NCBI GenBank assembly: GCA_964016885.1
Contig: OZ024746.1
Span: 7,440,001 to 7,504,000 of the forward strand
Length of the DNA stretch: 64,000 bases
Origin: Eledone cirrhosa
Lineage: Eukaryota
Reading direction: 5' to 3'
Within the stretch, counting starts at the first letter, position 1; each line of letters opens with the position of its first letter. The position numbers were made by a program, and so were the translations under genes. Shown here one piece after another: positions 28,680 to 42,697 of this stretch. The notes below the pieces were generated by a model. The model saw only the letters and a list, made by a program, of their open reading frames with translations, had not been told where the DNA came from and did no database searches.

Positions 28680-29153
28680 GTGTCATCAATAAAACAGGGA
28701 ACCACCAGTGTATGGAATCTATAACCTATGGAAGGCAGGGTAGACACACAATAATTAAAAATATAAATTAAAATGCATATGCGCGTACAAATCCAAAGAG
28801 ATCTGTTTCGCCAGGAAGTTGTTGACTGCCCTGCGCACGCTGTCACATCTCTCTGTCGCGTGTTGCTGCGCGATCGTCTTAGATTCTCTTAGAGTTGTCT
28901 GGAATGTATAGTCTTACACGCGCTGATGACTCATAGACGATTCCATTTCAGTCAACAACTTCCTAGCGAAACAGATCTCTTTGGATTTGTACACGTGTGT
29001 TATATAGTTATAGAGGTGCGTATATACATTTTAATCTATATTTTTAATTATTGCGTGTCTACTCAGCCTTCCATAGGTTATAGATTCCATACACTGGTGG
29101 TTTTCCGTTTTATTGATCTCTCTCTCTCTACCCTTTCAACATGTTGTATTTTA
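28577..29153. repeat. Long imperfect inverted repeat (28577-28828 / 28949-29153) with HHR motif 28916-28998 (+)
   Basis: ACACGCG CTGATGA(28923)..GAAACAGATC tctttg GATTTGTA CACGTGT; stem II poorly paired. Confidence 0.85.
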
Positions 29154-29196
29154 TATATATATATATATGGATTTTAGTCTTCTAATTTATTATTAT

Positions 29197-29260
<64 letters not shown>

Positions 29261-29266
<6 letters not shown>

Positions 29267-29718
29267 TAAAATAACAGATTAAAGTTTAAGCAAAGAATCG
29301 CTGCTTCCACCCTTAACGGGATCTTCTGAAACTAACAAAGTCAATGTGTAAACGCAGAAGTGGATATTTCAAAAAACGTTGCAACCGGAGGAAGACAGGA
29401 AGACGATACTTTGGTTCGTGGAAACGTTCCCTGGCAAAGAACGGGAAAAAACGAATATAATACGTCATTAATAGGAGCTGTGAAAACAATTACGCGCAAA
29501 GACAGAACCACGTTTATGGTATAAAAGAAGTCGTAGACTAATGTTCTCTTAGGTGGTTCATAGAGACGTTCTCTGGCAATGAACGAAAAAAAACGAAGAT
29601 AATACGTCATATGTGGAGCGTGGAGAACAATTGCACGCAAAACCACGTAAATGGTATAGCAGAAGTCGTAGACTAAAGTTCTAACTAGGAGAACGAATGA
29701 ATCTCCGCTTCAGAGTTA
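29261..29718 (-). mobile_element. Second copy of the Penelope pLTR-like segment at 26668-27128
   Basis: Direct repeat with high identity, including the internal 141-bp duplication. Confidence 0.85.
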
Positions 29719-29731
29719 TATATATATATAT

Positions 29732-29920
29732 TTGTTTCTACATTTGGCACAAGGCCAGCAATTACCCAGTATATTACTGGTACTTTATTTTATCGACCCC
29801 GAAAGGATGAAAGGCAAAGTTAACCTCGGCGGGATTTGAACTCAGAATGGCAAAGACCGTAACTCTATGCGTCAAAGCATGGCGTCCAACCCTCTACCGA
29901 TACTGCCAATCCTCCGCCCT
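29732..29920 (-). mobile_element. SINE family A
   Basis: Near-consensus reverse complement. Confidence 0.9.
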
Positions 29921-30775
29921 TTATATATATATATTATAGTTAAAACAGAAAACAAAAAAAACAACAAAAACAAAGCGAAGAGTGCAGTACAAAGTGTTAG
30001 TATTAGGGTCACATGATTGTATGTATATATGTGTGCATGAGTGTGTGTGCACATTTTTGTGATTAGAACATTTTTTTGGATCTACCAATTCAACACCAAA
30101 CGAGGTAAAAATGTTCAACTTTTCCCTTTTTTCGTGTGCTTTGTCTGAGACAACTTGAAAATATTCTTCAAAGAACTGTGGATTTTACCATTCAGTTAGA
30201 TCACGTAACTTCCAGGGACATTCGAACGGATTTTACCATTTACAATCCATGGAGAGGAATAAAAGATCTTTAGAAGAAAAATTTAAAAGGATTGGTTGCG
30301 GACCAGAATCCACTGTCACATTCCACTGACGACAACGCATGGAACCAACCTGGAGCAATTATATCACACAATTACACATTCCTCCTTAACGTACACTTAC
30401 AAATTTTCACCCCTCCCCTCCCCTCCCCACAAAAAATTATAAATGGTGAGGAACAAGAAGTGATAACACTTGGTACCACCCCATCTTCCTCTTGAAATAA
30501 TCTGAATCTATTTATAGACAGGTGTGACTGAAAGGTCAATCCATACTTCCATTTTATTTCACAGAATTAGAAGCTTTGACCACTTGATAGAATTCAGGAC
30601 CAGTAATGTAAACATTCTGTAATTGTAAACATCTTGTATCACTAACATTCCTTTCATTCTTTTCAAAGTGACCATATTAAACTATCGCATATAAATACGT
30701 TAGTTCATTAACTTCAATAATTTTCAAAATGAGAGTAAATAACGCCACAGTCCATTACCAAAATAACATTCACAA

Positions 30776-31006
30776 TTTTTTTTTTAAGACATGGATATCG
30801 TTTTTATAACATATAAATAAATTTACAGTAGAATAACATAACAAATATGTTTTAAATATATACATAAATAACATTACAAATGTTTAGATAACATTATAAA
30901 TTGCTCGTGATTCTTTCAGAAGGATATATTCCTTTAATGTTGTAATATTAAAGAAAATGTAAACGAAGGGGTGAACAACCGAGTCAACACCAGAGCAAAA
31001 GACAGC
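30776..31006 (-). mobile_element. Poly(A)-tailed retroelement 3' end; further copies 40561-40710 and 41941-42176
   Basis: Shared CATATAAATAAATTTACAGTAGAATAAC..; each copy starts with a T-run on the + strand. Confidence 0.7.
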
Positions 31007-31009
31007 GTC

Positions 31010-31290
31010 TGTGTTAGAAATTGACCAAACTCCTAAATGGCAATAGCCAATGACAGCTCCGATATTACGGACATGTGGTTAGATAGTCTTAGGAAAGAAT
31101 CGCTGGACAGATATTACAGGCAAAACCAACCAGTAATAAACCGTGAAAAAGGTGGTTGTATAACATCCATGAGTTCGGCTGATTTCGCAGGATCAATTGG
31201 AGACGATTGCTACTGAAAGGATCCGCTGGAAGGAGTGTTTGAGGACTCTGCCCTCACCGCTCCGTCAAGAATATGTGGGCGAAGAAAAAG
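31010..31290 (+). mobile_element. Degenerate RTE-like LINE 3' fragment
   Basis: LRYYGHVVR..ATERIRWK, resembles RTE ORF C-terminus. Confidence 0.5.
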
Positions 31291-31754
31291 AATTCACTAA
31301 AGGCATCCCCAAGTCAACCAAATACACAAAATCTTAGTTAAAACAAATTAAAGGGAAGTAAATCTTGATACCTACAGAAACAGGACAGAAGGAATTATTT
31401 CCCGTTGATAGTTACTCTAATCGGTTAAAACAATTGTCACACAATGACAAATGACTTCTTGGTCGCTCTACCAGCTAAAAATACATTGAACAAAATATTT
31501 AAGTAAAATCATCTTAAGAAACATCAACACCATTCTACCATGAGACACTACTAATGTAAAAGAACGAATGTAGGAGAAATCGTCAATCCATATAAACTTT
31601 CACCGTTAACTCAGCAGACGACATTCTTAATATCTACACTCCTACATCGATCTGTATGTTAATTCTCTCTCTCTCTCTCTCTATTATATATATATATATA
31701 TAATCTTTCTCTCTATTTTATATATATATATATACATATATATAAAATAATTAA

Positions 31755-32098
31755 AATAAACAAGAAAGAGGGTTTCATTTGTATATCCCTATTTATTTTG
31801 TTACTTGTATTTCCAAGACGTATGGCAATTATATAAAAACTGCCATATGTGTTCTCGTCAGACAGAAATCCAAACGAGATGTAAATATCCATTGATATGT
31901 TACCGGTCATATATATATGTTTACTGGTCGGCGAAGGGAATAACACGTATGACTAGTAACATATCAATGGGTATTTACATCTCGTTTTGATTGTGGTCTG
32001 AAGAGAACATGTATGGCAGATGTTATACAACTGCCTTCGAAATACGTAAAACAAAATAAATAGGGATGTACAAAATGAAACAGTCTTTCTTGTTTATT
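31755..32098. repeat. Inverted repeat (31755-31911 / 31948-32098) with an HHR motif in each arm
   Basis: + arm CTGAAGA(31998)..ggcag/ctgcc..GAAATACGTA; - arm CTGACGA (rc 31855-31861)..GAAATACAAGTA. Confidence 0.85.
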
Positions 32099-32110
32099 AT
32101 TATTATTATT

Positions 32111-32855
32111 TGCATTTATCTTGCTTTATGTTCATACGAGTTATCACCAAGTCACAACCAGTGACCTCAAGAGACAACAAGGTCCGCCATGTTCAAGAAA
32201 GAACATACATATTCACACATGCATCCTTAGTGTTTAGACTTGTGATGTACTTATATTGACAGGATCTTCCTTAGTATATGGGCAGTTCCCATTAGTACTA
32301 TCTTTTGTATTTCTCCTATACGCGGGTTTCCTGGGATTTGCGATAAGTAGTCGTTAGACCCCTTAGGTATCATTCCCAGAGCGCCTACAACCACTGGTAT
32401 TGTTTTAGTTCTCAATTTCCACATTTTTCCAATTTCTATCTCCAGGTCCTTATACTTGCTCAATTTTTCAAATGTTTTTATAGATACATTCTTGTCTATT
32501 GGAACAGACATATCAATTAGCAGACATACCCGCCTTTGAAAGTCCTTCAGTATTATATCAAGTCTATTTGCATCTATTTTTTTTTTTTTTTTTTTCCGGT
32601 CTGTTTGGATGCTAAAGTTCCACAAGATTGAGATGTGATCTTTTTCAAGTATGGGAGGTGGTTGATGCTCCCACCAATTCTTTTGATGGGGCAGGTCAAA
32701 ATGCTTACACATTATCCAATGTATGTATTGTGCAGCTCTGTCATGCCTGTTTAGGTATTCGGTTGGAGCTATAGGACTGCACATTGAAATTATATGGTCA
32801 ATGGTCTCTGGTTGTTTTTTGTTTTTTGCATACACGGCATAATGGGCTGCACCCA

Positions 32856-32858
<3 letters not shown>
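32111..32858 (-). mobile_element. Dong/R4-clade non-LTR retrotransposon 3' fragment (zinc knuckle plus restriction-like endonuclease)
   Basis: ETIDHIISMC..RHD..ANRLDII..LIDMSVP..EKLSKYKDL..IPVVVGALG; flanked by (TAA)n on both sides. Confidence 0.85.
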
Positions 32859-32927
<69 letters not shown>

Positions 32928-32930
<3 letters not shown>

Positions 32931-33090
32931 CATCATCGTTTAACATCTATCTTCCACGCTAGCATGGGTTAGACGGGAATTGTCCCACTTGAGCAAGATT
33001 GGTTGGGAGACCGTGTCTCGCTCCTATAGGTTTTCTACAGTTGGATGCCCTTCCTAACACCAACCACATTTACAGTGTGGACTGGGAGCT
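32928..33090 (-). mobile_element. Third SINE family fragment with RTE-like 3' tail
   Basis: rc GTTAGGAAGGGCATCCAACTGTAGAAA..CCGTCTAACCCATGCTAGCGTGGAAG..GTTAAACGATGATGAT; tail resembles 44416-44470. Confidence 0.7.
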
Positions 33091-34151
33091 ATATATATAT
33101 ATATGCATAGACGGTTGTCCCCCTTGCTTCTGCTGGAGATCACCAGAGGGCGTTAGCCCCCTCCCCCGATGTTTTCATAGCTACGGCTTCCTAAATCTGT
33201 ATTTCTTTGGAGATACGAAATATTTATACATATTGTATAAAGCTATGCTTGAAGCGAAATCCTATTTCTTTTATATATATATATATATACAGGTAAAATT
33301 GAGGACAGAACAGGTAAAATTGAGGACAGGACAGGTAAAACTGTATTGACAGGTACGTAGTAATTAAAGAATGGATCTATGATGTTAACCTTAGTTTTTC
33401 TTCATTTTAAATATGTGTGCGTATGTGTTGTGCTTACATTTACGCCGGTGTTCCGTAACTTAGGGGTTCGACAAAAAGACAAATTGATAAAGCAGTCAGC
33501 TCTCTCTCACAAAGGACTTATTGAATGACCTAAATGCAATGTGTAAAGATAATAATGATAAAAAACAACTGACACGATTGTCTGGGGCGTGACTGGATTT
33601 CTAATGAATGACACTGCCCTACGATTTTCAAAATATTTTTGAAAATAATCAAAAACTTGGTGGTGTTTTGTGACAAAACTAACATATTCTGTTTGGAGCA
33701 TAACTTAACAAATGTTCTTACATATAATTATGATGGAAGGTTTATAAAAAAATATCAATACTTTTTGATAAACAGTTTCCAATCCCCCTCTCTATATCAA
33801 TTACCACCAAACTCTCCCCCTCTCTATATCTACCATACAACACTCTCACACATTCCCTCTCACTCTATCTATCACTACCAAACTCTCCCCCTCTCTATAT
33901 CTATCAATACCTATCTCTATCAATCCTCACCCTCTATTTATTACCAGTAAACTCTCCTCCTCTCTACATCAACCATTAACCCTTTAATGTTCAAACCGGC
34001 CAAAACCGGCCAGAATTCTCTACCTCTTTCTGTTGAAACTGGCTGTAACTGGCCACTGATACTGATGTTAAGGTATTGTTCTCAAATAAATACCTTCAAA
34101 ATCTCATAGATTCGATATTATGTGAGATATGTATTTTTATGGCAGAAATAA

Positions 34152-34645
34152 CTGTTTCTACTTTTGGCACAAGGCCAGCAATTATCCCAGTGTATTACTG
34201 GTACTTTACTTTATCGACCCCGTAAGGATGAAAGACAAAGTTAATCTCGGCGGGATTTGAACTCAGATCATAAAGGGTCATAACTCTTTGCAGCAAAGTT
34301 TGAACTCAGATCATAAAGGGCCGTAACTCTTTGCTGCAAAGTTTGAACTCAGATCATAAAGGGACGTAACTCTTTGCTGCAAAGTTTGAACTCAGATCAT
34401 AAAAGGGCCGTAACTCTTTGCTGCAAAGTTTGAACTCAGATCATAAAGGGACGTAACTCTTTGCTGCAAAGTTTGAACTCAGATCATAAAAGGGCCGTAA
34501 CTCTTTGCTGCAAAGTTTGAACTCAGATCATAAAGGGCCGTAACTCTTTGGTGCAAAGTTTGAACTCAGATCATAAAGGGCCGTAACTCCTTGCTGCAAA
34601 GCCTGACGTCCGACCATCTACCGATACTGCCAATCCAACGCCTGT
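34152..34645 (-). mobile_element. SINE family A with 8 tandem 43/44-bp internal repeats
   Basis: TTTGAACTCAG at 34256, 34299, 34342, 34385, 34429, 34472, 34516, 34559. Confidence 0.92.
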
Positions 34646-34844
34646 AATAATTATATGGTAGATACATGTCACCCCCCCCTCACAGTTCCACCGCCTCTGT
34701 AATGGCAAATTCCTCGAGTGAACGTTTCAGTCTACAATATATAGACATATCTTAATACATCAAAAACAGAACTCTAGTGCCACCCCTACCCCCCTTCATG
34801 TTCTTCTTGCTGAAACATCTATCAACCTCGGATTAACTTTAGCT

Positions 34845-35044
34845 NNNNNNNNNNNNNNNNNNNNNNNNNNNNNNNNNNNNNNNNNNNNNNNNNNNNNNNN
34901 NNNNNNNNNNNNNNNNNNNNNNNNNNNNNNNNNNNNNNNNNNNNNNNNNNNNNNNNNNNNNNNNNNNNNNNNNNNNNNNNNNNNNNNNNNNNNNNNNNNN
35001 NNNNNNNNNNNNNNNNNNNNNNNNNNNNNNNNNNNNNNNNNNNN
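34845..35044. other. Assembly gap (200 N)
   Basis: Run of N. Confidence 1.
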
Positions 35045-36735
35045 AAACTCAAAGCCACCGGAAAACATTCTCAATGTGGTACAAAAAATCCCCGATAAAT
35101 CTTTTGATTCCTGGGTCTTTGATTCCCTCTTTTTGCTCTTTTTATTGTTTATTTTATTTTATTTATTTTTATTTTTATTTTTATTTTTATTTTTATTTTT
35201 ATTTTTATTTTTATTTTTATTTTTATTTTTATCTAAACGTTCCTCGTGGGAAATTGAGCTGCCCTAAAGGCCGATGCTCCAAGTTTTCTGGGTTAACCTT
35301 ACACTTGATGAACTTATATGTTAAATATGGGAACATATGTAGACATTATTGGACATCATAATCTTTTTTGCGATATTCCTTGCTAGATGTGATTTGATAG
35401 ATGGTTTTTGGCTTTGTCTTGTGGTGAACTTGGCGGTGTGTTGTCAATTGGCCTTGAAGGGTTGTTCTTTGTGGTTTGTTTTTATTTTCATTTTTATTTT
35501 TATTTTTATTTTTATTTTTATTTTTATTTTTATTTTTATTCTTTTAGTATTGTAGTATTCTATAATATTTTTATATTTTTATTTTTTATTTTTTATTTTT
35601 TTATATGTAAATTTTTTTTATATGTAAATTTTTATTTTTAATATTTTTAATGTTTTTATATGTAAAGTTTTAATACGTAATGTTTTTGATACGTAGTATT
35701 TTTGGTATGCAATATTTTTGTTGTGTAATATTCTTTCGTGATATTCTTTTTTGGTTTTCTATTCTATATTTTTATATTTTTATATATTTTTACTTATTAT
35801 CATTATTATTGTTATCTCTGCTTATAATATGGTATATGTTTTCGGTTAGTATATTGAAATCTGCTCTCTGTTTCTGCTTGATAGGTGGTCTTGTGGGGGT
35901 AGTCGCAAGAATAATAATACGCTCAGGTTTTTGTACCACATTGAGAATGTTTTCCGGTGGCTTTGAGTTTGCGGAGTGAATCAGTTGGATTCACATGGAC
36001 ATGTGAATTTTTCTAAAAAACTAAACATGGGGTAATGAGTTTTCACGCATTGTGAATGCTTGTTTCGTTCAGGAGTGCTGATGTTTGCAGTGTGGTGTAA
36101 GTTTTATGGATACTGGTGCATTGGAACATAGGGTTTTCTGCGCCTCGAGTGTGTCTGGCTATTTTTAAATTTTTCTCTCTCTATATCTCTCTATATCTCT
36201 CTATATGTCTCCCTTGCATTGATACTTGAGCTAGATAAGTGAATGGATAAATAGATAAGTGGATGAATGCGTCATTGATGCACTTGCTCAGGGTGGCCTC
36301 CCACTACCTAATTTTTCTATATCTATATTTATATATGTGTCTGTCTCTGTTTCCTCTCTCTCTATGTGTGTGTATTTATCTCTTTCGGTCTCTTTGCATG
36401 AGGCTCTTCGCTTTGTCTGTTTTTCCGTCTCTCTATTTTGTCCCATGCATTTCTTCTTTTTCTTCTTTTTCTTCCTTTTCTTCATTTTGTCTTTCTTTCT
36501 TTCTTATTTCCCTCTTTTCTCTCTCTCTTTCTTTCTCTCTGTATTTTCACTGCTAGAGTGAACCTCTTCGGATGGGGTTGATGTTTATTGCGGTGTGTCG
36601 AATATATTTGTCTATGGAGCTGTTTGTGTTGTATTTTGTCTGATGAGGGCATAGCATATTGCTGATATGATGTCCCCGAGTTATATGTGGTGAAATGGAT
36701 ATGGTTTTGTAGGTGTGGTTTTCCATTTGTTTAAT

Positions 36736-36822
<87 letters not shown>

Positions 36823-37529
36823 TGTATATATACAGAGCCTATGAGAGGAGGATCCACCAGTACTTTGTTCCGGGACCCAAGACCTAAGAAGGCTCCACAG
36901 CAACCATGCAACATCCATTTTGAGAAAAATCTTTGCCTGCTTCTGGCCACAAAGGGGTCTTGTACCGCCTTGCAAAATTTCTTTTGGAGATAAAAAAGGA
37001 AAACAATGCTCAATGCTCAAGAGAGTTTTCCAATAGATTTCCAACGGTTTCTGGGTCCAGTTATGGCCACCATTGGTTAGTGGAGGGGAGTTCTTCTAAA
37101 CTGGCCCCTCATCAGAGACGAACAAAAATAGGATAATAAGAAAAATGGGGAGAGACGGAGGCAGTGGGAGTTGTTTCCCTTGTGTTCGGACCTGGTGAAT
37201 ATGTCTGTTTCACAGACACACACTCACACTGGGGCAGTGACAGTGGGAGTTTGGTTCCCTTGTGTTCGGACCTGGTGTATATGTATATATTTCACGAACA
37301 CACACTCACGCATACTAACAATTACATATATCATCTTGTTTATATCTTCACAATATTTTATAGTGAATAAAATAAAATAGGATGGTTTCAAGGAGGGATT
37401 GAAACAAACCAGTTTCACTTCCTGTTTGAGACGACACATACACGAACTTTCATGTTAGAGATTGAGAGCTACTTAGCAATATAATATTATAACTCTACCA
37501 TAAGTTGGCATAATTGTTAGTATAATATC

Positions 37530-37606
<77 letters not shown>

Positions 37607-37622
37607 GGGGGGGGGGGGGGGA

Positions 37623-37825
37623 TGTATGACCCCGACGGCAGAGCTCAAGTCGTTTCGACGGCTATTTCTGGACTAAAACTAAATAGTCCAGAAATAGCCG
37701 TCGAAACGGCTTGAGTTCTGCCGTCGGGGTCATACACTTTCCTATTACCCACTCTACTAACCTAAGTATTGAGGACTCTGGTGCGTTATGGTCCATCTGG
37801 TTCCTTACCACAACTCCTTCGTTAT
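37623..37825 (+). mobile_element. Foldback element family F1, 53-bp arms (37623-37675 / 37684-37736)
   Basis: Two mismatches between arms, 8-nt loop; GAAACGGC..GCCGTC at 37703-37725. Confidence 0.85.
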
Positions 37826-39624
<1,799 letters not shown>

Positions 39625-39880
39625 AGACTGCCATATTAGAGTTTGAGAGGAAACGGAAGCTGAGTGAAAACATTAATACGCCTCTCGGCACCTCGTCTTT
39701 CCACCTTCATACAGTTTATGAGTTTGTCCTTACAATCATTTAAAAACTGAACTTAGTGAATTGTAGTGTAATTAGCCATCAATCGTGTGTGTATGTGTGT
39801 GTGTGTGTGTGTGTGCAGCAGATACACGTATGTTTGTGTTCATGCTAATGGGCCTGTACGCCTATCTGGTTTCGTAAGTG

Positions 39881-40008
<128 letters not shown>

Positions 40009-40119
40009 TGTGTGTGAAGTATCTTTATGAGTCGGTGATTGTGAAGAACACACAAAGGAAATGTTGAGATGACAGTTGTTGTGCACGACGTGTTTTGTAC
40101 CTCATAACGACGCAGTTTC

Positions 40120-40535
40120 TGTCTCCAGATGCACAAATTATCCAGTTGTGCTCATGATATTTGATCACCATTTTTAGTCAATCACCATTTTCATGACGTC
40201 ATGGGTTTCTCGCAAATGCACCGAGTGGTCAACTGGGACTGCACATAAAACGTTGCCATTATGCAAGAGAACACACTTGGGGCTGCGCTTAGCACTATCC
40301 AAAATCAATCTCCATTCTGGGAAACGTCTAACTGTACAAGGATATCATGGCAGTAAATAAATTGCTTGTCATCTGAAAAGTTCACAAAATCTGCTCCCTC
40401 GTTCTGCAATATGCAAAGTTTTCAAGAATATTTTTTTCATTTAACCTGGAGAATTATATCTTGGATGCTTTCTCGGGTAGTGTCATATCACGTGCTAAGT
40501 TATGACTAGAACGATGAGGGGGCGGATGACTGTTT
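40120..40535 (-). mobile_element. DNA-transposase pseudogene fragment, Chapaev3 (CMC)-like
   Basis: PEWRLILDSAKRSPKCVLLHNGN..PVDHSVHLRE..KYHEHNWIIC and ARDMTL..SRLNEKNIL, with stops and frameshifts; family name from recall. Confidence 0.7.
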
Positions 40536-41177
40536 AGCATTAGATAAGGAGCCTTAGGAATTTTTTTTTTTTGACATCTATAATATACAGGGTTTTATTA
40601 TACAAAGCATATAAATAAATTTACAGTAGAATAACAACAAATATGTTTTAAATATATACATAAATAACATTACAAATGCTTAGATAACATTATAAATTGC
40701 TTGTGATATTCCAGAAGAATATTCTGTGATAATTTCTTCAAATTCCTGATCAGATTTACAGCTTTCAACTCCAGAGGAGGCATAACCATTAAACATCTGG
40801 AACTGTGAGTTCTCCAGAATGAGGAGTAGGTCGAATTGTAGAGGGAATACTTGGATAAGAGATCTTATGTCGGTTTTTCTTGTGTTAACCATGCAAATAT
40901 TGCAGCCAGTTATGTGGTCCTTTGGCTAAATCATAGGGAGGAACAATTGATATTGGAAAAGTATTAACAACTAGATGGGTTTCAAGCTCTTTCAGTAATG
41001 TTTCAGCAATTTGGAGTGACAAGGCACCGTTTTGGTATCATTTTGAACCTGTAATTGTTGACCAAAAGCTGACTAATACCCATTTAGGGGACGTCATAAA
41101 GGTATATGATTGAAACAGTTTCTCTTTGATCTGGCAGCTATGTACGGTGTGTTATTTGAATCATATTTGAATCATAA

Positions 41178-41372
41178 AGGGCGGTGGATTGGCAGTATCG
41201 GTAGAGAGTCGGACGCCATGCTTTGACGCATAGAGTTATGGCCCTTGCCATTCTGAGTTCAAATCCCGCCGAGGTTTACTTTGCCTTTCATCCTTACGAG
41301 GTCGATAAAATAAAGTACCAGTAATGCACTGGGTAATTTGCTGGCCTTGTGTCTAAAGTAGAAACAGTTATT
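41178..41372 (+). mobile_element. SINE family A
   Basis: Full head, core and tail; TTATTTGAATCATA-type TSD. Confidence 0.9.
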
Positions 41373-41841
41373 TGAATCATATTGCTGGGGCAGTATGGAA
41401 TCATGATTCGCTACACATCAACACCAGGAGAATCAAAACTGGTGGGTAAATTGTCACGTGTATAGCATATCACACACAGACACACACACAAACGCATACA
41501 CACGCACAGTTATATCATGTTCATATTACATGCACAACAGCACGCTATATCCAACTCTTTCTCATACTATAGATATACGCCCCCTAGACACACACTTCCC
41601 AACATGTATATATATAATATGACCTCATATTTATTTAAACTTATTCTTAAGCCTATTCGTGATCTTCTCAAATATCATCCTCCGCTGTAAAACATAACTT
41701 TAAATACTTTCATTCTACCCACTTCCAGTGTCTTATATACACTCAGCACTCTCATCCCCCACCCCATCCTATCTTTCTACCCACTTCCATTGATATTTCA
41801 GAACCACGAGGATGCAGAGCTTCGGATAACCAATGGGTTAC

Positions 41842-42330
41842 ATACGAGGGGTTACCGAAAAGTTGGGTAAAAGAAAATACAGGAGGATCAGTTAATTATG
41901 ATTTTATTCAACATATTTCCCTCTCAGATTCACACACTTATTTTTTTTGCCTAATGGTGGGAAATTTATTATACAAAGCATATAAATAAATTTACAGTAG
42001 AATAACATAACAGATATGTTTTAAATATATATATAAATAACATTACAAATGCTTAGATAACATTATAAATTGTTCGCGATTCTTTCAGAAAGATATATTC
42101 CTTTAATGTTGCAATATTAAAGAAAATGTAAAGGAAGGGGTGAACAATCGAACCAACACCAGAGCAAAAGACAGCAGTGTCGCGAGGAGTACCGGGAAAC
42201 CTCTCTAATGATGAGTGCAGCGGTCTTTCAGTTTTTTTTAAGGCCTGTAAAAAGAACTCGGAAGGTTTGTCCTCCTGCCAGGCTTCTGTAGCAGCCATCA
42301 AACCAGGACATTTTTAGCACCTTCTCGTAA
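41842..42330 (-). mobile_element. Mariner non-autonomous element interrupted by a poly(A) retro-insert (41941 to about 42215)
   Basis: Ends TACGAGGGG..AAAAGT and ACATTTTTAGCACCTTCTCGTA; AATEAWQEDKPSEFFLQALKK then CVNLRGKYVE, split by the insert. Confidence 0.75.
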
Positions 42331-42697
42331 ATATCGTTTACGTTTAATGGTTTAACTAATAGGTAGAGCCAATCATTTCGATTAGCAAACCGCAACAACG
42401 AACTTTTAGGGAATCTGTGTGTAAAGGAAGGATGGTCAACTTCTTGTTGCCTTGCAGTCCCTAAACAAATGCTTTAGTATTTGTGATTTGTTAGGTTTAC
42501 TGCACAGTCCTCCTTTCATGGAAATCTGAGTATTGCACTCTGCATGTAAGTTGAGGTAGATTGAAACAGGTGAAGTCGGGGTATCTCGGGGCTGTGATAA
42601 TAAATGATGGAAGGCAGAAAGCTGAATTAAATTCAAAAGTTGTTGCAGCTGGTTCAGAAATGTCTCAGCTTCAGCCCTCGGTCATCACGAGAAGGGA

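Noticed and set aside
30270-30343. Possible linking exon (WFHALSSVECDSGF..) on the minus strand
   Set aside because: Acceptor plausible and phases would fit, but the required donor GTCCGC is poor; unsupported without RNA data
36620-36720. Additional HHR-like cores (36638 CTGATGA; also near 20694 and 16925)
   Set aside because: GAAA/NUH half missing or not pairable; counted only as decayed relics
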